Below, piece by piece: positions 58,860-64,000 of a DNA stretch of 64,000 nucleotides. This DNA comes from Squalus acanthias (Eukaryota): positions 260,896,001 to 260,960,000 of the forward strand of contig CM059425.1 of assembly GCA_030390025.1 (NCBI GenBank), read 5' to 3'. How positions within the stretch are numbered: position 1 is the stretch's first letter; each line of letters opens with the position of its first letter. Both the position numbers and the translations under genes were made by a program. Below the pieces are notes generated by a model, which had not been told where the DNA came from, ran no database searches, and saw only the letters and a program-made list of their open reading frames with translations.

Positions 58860-61398
58860 AGTTAGTGGGAGTTGTATACAGACACCCAAACAGTAATGCT
58901 GAGGTTGGGGATGGCATTAAATGGGAAATTAGAGATGCGTGCAATAAGGGCACAGCAGTTATCATGGGTGACTTTAATCTACATATAGATTGGGCTAACC
59001 AAATTAGTAACAATACTGTGGAAGAGGAATTCCTAGAGTGTATACAGGATGGTTTCTTGGACCAATATGTCGAGCCATCTTAGACTGGGTATTATGTAAT
59101 AAGAAAGGATTAATTAGCAATCTTGTTGTGCGAGGCCCCTTGGGGAGGAGCGATCATAATATGATAGAATTCTTCATTAAGATGGAGAGTGAAGTAGTAG
59201 TTGACTCAGAGACTAGGGTACTGAATTTAAATAAAGGAAACTACGATGGTATGAGGCGCAAGTTGGCGACGATGGATTGGGGAATGTTACTTAAAGGGTT
59301 GACGGTGAATAGGCAATGGCAAACATTTAAAGATCGCATGGATGAACTACAGAATTTGTTCAACCCTGTTTGGCAGAAAAATAAAACAAAAATGGTGACT
59401 CAATCGTGGCTAACAAGGGAAATTAGGGATAGCATAAGATCCAAGGAGAGGGCATATAAATTGGCCAGAAAAAGCAGCAAACCTGAGGATTGGGAGCAGT
59501 TTAGGATTCAGCAAAGGAGGACAAAGGGATTAATTAAGACAGGGGAAATAGAGTTTGAGAGTAAGCTTTCAGGGAACATAAAAACTGACTGTAAAAGCTT
59601 CTATAGATATGTGAAGAGAAAAAGATTGGTGCAGTCAGAATCAGGGGAATTTATAATGGGGGACAAAGAAATGGCGGACCAATTAAATACATACTTTGGT
59701 TCTGTCTTCACAAAGGAGTACACAAATAAACTCCCAGAGATGTCGGGGAACATAGGGTCTAATGAGAGGGAGGAACTGAATGAAATCAGTATTTGTAGGG
59801 AAATGGTGTTAGGGAAATTGACGGGATTGAAGGCCGATAAATCCCCAGGGCCTGATAATCTACATCCTAGGGTACTTAAGGAAGTGGCCCTAGAAATAGT
59901 AGATGCATTGCTGGTCATCTTCCAAAATTCTATAGACTCTGGAACAGTTCCCATGGATTGGAGGGTAGCTAATGTAACCCCACTATTTAAAAAAGGTAGT
60001 AGAGAGAAAACAGGGAATTATAGACCGGTAAGCCTGACATCAGTAGTGGGGAAAATGCTAGAGGCCATTATAAAAGATGTAATAGCAGAGCACTTGGAAA
60101 ACAGTGATAGGATCGGACAAAGTCAACATGGATTTACAAAAGGTAAATCATGCTTGACTAATCTACTGGAATTTTTTGAGGATGTAACTGGTAGAATAGA
60201 TAAGGGAGAACCAGTGGATGTGGTGTATTTGGACTTTCAGAAGGCTTTCAATAAGGTCCCGTATAAGAGATTAGCGTGCAAAGTTAAAGCACATGGGATT
60301 GGGGGTAAGGTATTGACTTGGATAGAAAACTGGTTGGCAGACAGGAAGCAAAGAGTTGGAGTAAACGGGTCTTTTTCCGAGTGGCAGGCAGTGACTAGTG
60401 GGGTACCGCAGGGATCGGTGCTAGGACCCCAGTTATTCACAATATATATTAATGATCTAGACGAGGGAACTAGGTGCAATATCTCCAAGTTTGCAGACGA
60501 CACAAAGCTGGGTGGGCGTGTGTGCTGTGAGGAGGATGCAGAGAAACTCCAGTATGATTTGGACAGGTTGGGTGATTGGGCAGATGCAGTATAATGTGGA
60601 TAAATGCGAGGTTATCCACTTTGGTGGCAAAAACAGGAAGGCAGATTATTATCTGAACAGCAATAGATTGGGAAAAGGGGAAGTGCAACGAGACCTGGGT
60701 GTCCTTGTGCACCAGTCGCTGAAGGTAAGCATGCAGGTGCAGCAGGCGGTTAAGAAGGCAAATGGTATGTTGGCCTTCATAGCGAGAGGATTCGAGTACA
60801 GGAGCAAGGATGTCTTGCTGCAGTTCTACAGGGCCTTGGTGAGACCACACCTTGAGTATTGTGTGCAGTTTTGGTCGAGGAAGGATGTTCTTGCCATGGA
60901 GGGAGTGCAGTGAAGATTCACCAGACTGATACTTGGGATGGCAGGAATGACGTATGAAGAGAGATTGGGTCGAGTAGGCTTATATTCGCTAGAGTTTAGA
61001 AGAATGAGAGGGGATCTCATTGAAACTTATAAAATTCTAACAGGACTAGACAGACTAGATGCAGGAAGGATGTTCCCGATGGCGGGGGAGTCCAGAACCA
61101 GAGGTCACAGCAAGGATAAGGGGTAAGCCATTTAGGACTGAGATGAGGAGGAATTTCTTCACCCAGAGAGTGGTGAACCTTTGGAATTCTCTACCACAGA
61201 AGGCAGTTGAGGCCAATTCATTAAATATATTCAAGAAGGAGTTAGATATATTTCTTAAGGCTAAGGGGATCAAGGGATCTGGGGAGAAAGCAGGGACAGG
61301 GTACTGAATTTGGATGATCAGCCATGATCGCATTGAATGGCGGAGCAGGCTCAAGGGGCCGAATGGCCTACTCCTGCTCCTATCTTCTATGTTTCTAT
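58860..61398 (+). mobile_element. CR1 ORF2, paralog of 18589-23177 without the nested insert
   Basis: 518-aa ORF 59038-60594; same junctions as copy 1. Confidence 0.9.
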
Positions 61399-62000
61399 GC
61401 TTTGGGGAGTCAGGAGGTGAGACACTCGCCGCAGAATACCCAGCCTCTGACCTGGTCTTGTTGCCACAGTATTTATGTGGCTGGTCCAGTTAAGTTTCTG
61501 GTCAATGGTGACCCCCAGGATGTTGATAGTGGGGGATTCGGTGATGGTAATGCCATTGAATGTCAAGGGGAGATGGTTAGACTTTCGCTCGTTGGAGATA
61601 GACATTGCCTGGCACTTCCGTGGCACGAATGTTACCTGCCACTTATCAGTTCCCTGAGCAAAGCACCTGGAATAATTGGCATTTCCCAACTGTCGTACTC
61701 ACAGTCACCTCTGTCCCATGGCCTCTCCCACTATTCACATCATAGATAAAGCCTGGGCATTTGTACAGAATTATATTGGGAATGATCCTACGCGGATTCC
61801 ATTCGAAATGACAGTGTGATGCAGAGCCGTGCCGAATAGCTGATTAACAGGAAGAATTTTGCACTGCGGTCCAGGATCACTCAGCGAAGGATCACTATAG
61901 CAAGTACAGCCTGAATCGCTGGATGAGATTCAGTGCTGGGAGAGCGGAACAGGTTTATATTGCGGTTTGTACATTGGGTTTCTCAGCCTCCTGGGATGGA

Positions 62001-62016
62001 TCAGTCCTGCTCCTTT
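62001..62016 (-). CDS. Terminal coding exon of a paralogous Siglec-15-like gene whose upstream exons lie beyond the window
   Basis: Same acceptor and (R)KEQD* coding sequence as 23780-23795, inside the duplicated block. Confidence 0.55.
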
Positions 62017-62135
62017 CTGTGGACAAAACAAGACCAATTAAAATGAGCCGTGTGAACTATAAAATAAGAGCACTTTCAGCACCTCCATCCACAACCAGCG
62101 GCTGTTTAAATAGCATTCCCTGCGCATTTCAAAAT

Positions 62136-63865
62136 AGATTTGATAGCCGATCTTAATGAATACTTTGCATGTGTTTTCACAAAAGAGAGGGGCGATGCAG
62201 AAATTGCAATCAGGGAGGAGGAGTGTGAAATATCGGATGAAATAAACATAGTGAAAGAGGAAGTATTAAGGGGTTTAGCATCTTTGAAGGTGGATAAATC
62301 CCCCGGCCCGGATGAAATGTATCCCAGACTGTTAAGAGAAGTAAGAGAGGAAATAGCAGAGGCTCTGACAATCATTTTCCAATCCTCTCTGGCTACAGGT
62401 GTGGTGCCGGAGGACTGCTAATGTGATACCGTTGTTTAAAAAGGGAGAAAGGGATAGACCGAGTAATTACAGGCCAGTCAGCCTAACCTCGGTGGTGGGA
62501 AAATTATTGGAAAAAATTCTGAGGGACAGGATAAATCTTCATTTAGAAAGACACAGATTAATCAGGGACATGAGGGAGATCATGGATTTGTTAAGGGAAG
62601 GTCGTGTCTGACTAACATGATTGAATTTTTTGAGGAGGTAACAAGGAGGGTAGATGAGGGTAGTGCATTTGTTGTAGTCTATATGGATTTTAGCAAGGCT
62701 TTTGATAAGGTTCCACATGGCAGCCTGGTCACAAAAGTAAAAACCCATGGGATCCAGGGCAAAGTGGCAAGTTGGATCCAAAATTGGCTCAGAGGCAGGA
62801 AACAGAGGGTAATGGTCGAAGGGTGTTTTTGTGACTGGAAGGCTGTTTCCAGTGGGGTTCCGCAGGGATCAGTACTGGGACCTTTGCTTTTTGTGGTATA
62901 TATCAATGATTTGGACTTGAATGTAGGAAGTATGATTAAGAAGTTTGCAGATGATACAAAAATTGGCCGTGTGGTTGATAATGAAGAAGAAAGCTGTAGA
63001 CTGCAGGAAGATATCAATGGACTGGTCAGGTGGGCAGAACAGTAGCAAATGGAATTCAATCCGGAGAAGTATGAGGTAATGCATTTGGGGAGGGCTAACA
63101 AGGAAAGGGAATACACTGTAAATGGTAGGGCACTGAGTAGTGTAGAGGAACAAAGGGACCTTGGACTGCATGTCCACAGATCCCTGAAGGTAGCAGGCCA
63201 AGTAGATAAGGTGGTTAAGAAGGCATACGGAATGCTTGCCTTTATTAGCCGAGGCATAGAATATAAGAGCAGGGAGGTTGGGCTTGAACTGTATAAAATA
63301 CTAGTTAGGCCGCAGATAGAATACTGCGTGCAGTTCTGGTCACCACATTACAGGAAGGATGTAATTGCACGCGAGAGGTTGCAGAGGAGATTTATGAAGA
63401 TGTTGCCTGGGCTGGGGAATTTTAGCTATGAGAAAAGATTGGATAGGTTGGGGTTGTTTTATTTGGAACAGAGGAGGCTGAGGGGAGACTTAATTGAGGT
63501 GTATAAAATTATGAGGGCCTAGATAGAGTGGATAGGAAGGACCTATTTCCTTTAGCAGAGGGGTCGATAACCAGGGGGCACAGATTTAAAGTAATTGGTA
63601 GGAGGATTAGAGGGGATTTGAGGAGAATTTTTTTCACCCAGAGTGTAGTGGGGTTCTGGAACTCACTGCCTGAAAGGGTGGTAGAGGCAGAAACTCTCAT
63701 CACATTTAAAAAGTACTTGGATATGCACTTGAAGTGCCGTAACCAACAAGGCTACGCACCAAGAGCTGGAAAGTGGGATTAGGCTGGATAGCTCTTTGTC
63801 GGCAGGCATGGACATGATGGGCCGAATGGCCTCCTTCTGTGCTGTAAATTTCTATGATTCTATGA
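62136..63865 (+). mobile_element. CR1 (paralog of 23915-25652)
   Basis: Near-identical sequence and the same insertion site. Confidence 0.9.
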
Positions 63866-64000
63866 TGATCCCAGCTGGGGCTGCAGTAGGGGCTCTCCAG
63901 TTGGTCTAAGTGAAACTGGGATAGGGAGAGGAAACATTGCCCAGGGATCCTGCTCCTGCTTGTATCCAGCAACCACTGCTGGACGTGTACTGTGTGGTCA

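Larger units (their letters stand above)
49735..64000. repeat. Segmental (tandem) duplication, copy 2 (runs off the window)
   Basis: Matches 15185-25787 apart from copy-specific insertions (MITE 49933-50674, CR1 51651-57565) and absence of 16358-17293 and 20546-22565. Confidence 0.92.

Overview
Vertebrate genomic DNA, most likely from a cartilaginous fish (inferred from abundant CR1 LINEs with (TTCTATG)n-type tails, a Deu-domain tRNA SINE and RTE LINEs). Most of the window is nested transposable-element debris: CR1 and RTE LINEs, three solo LTRs with 4-bp TSDs, Harbinger-type MITEs and Myb/SANT relics, SINEs and minisatellites. Hidden in it is one apparently intact spliced gene on the minus strand. 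Its coding exons are: leader 45964-45904 (or a 48+34 nt two-exon variant), V-set Ig exon 1 29174-28776, V-set Ig exon 2 28417-28064, transmembrane exon 26006-25907, and terminal exon 23795-23780. It encodes a ~309-316 aa Siglec-15-like receptor with an unusual V-V ectodomain instead of V-C2. The sialic-acid-binding Arg is present only in V1, the transmembrane helix carries a Lys (DAP12-type activating signature), and the 9-residue tail has no tyrosine. ETS-IRF, PU.1 and RUNX motifs sit just upstream of the ATG. The block ~15185-25787 is recently duplicated at ~49735-64000, including the terminal exon, so a paralog should continue just past the right edge; this points to a tandem cluster of activating Siglec-15-like genes. 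Insertions specific to one copy (CR1, MITE) show these element families moved after the duplication. A CpG-rich candidate first exon of an unidentified plus-strand gene lies at ~4.55-4.83 kb. All splice models were read by eye and have no transcript support.
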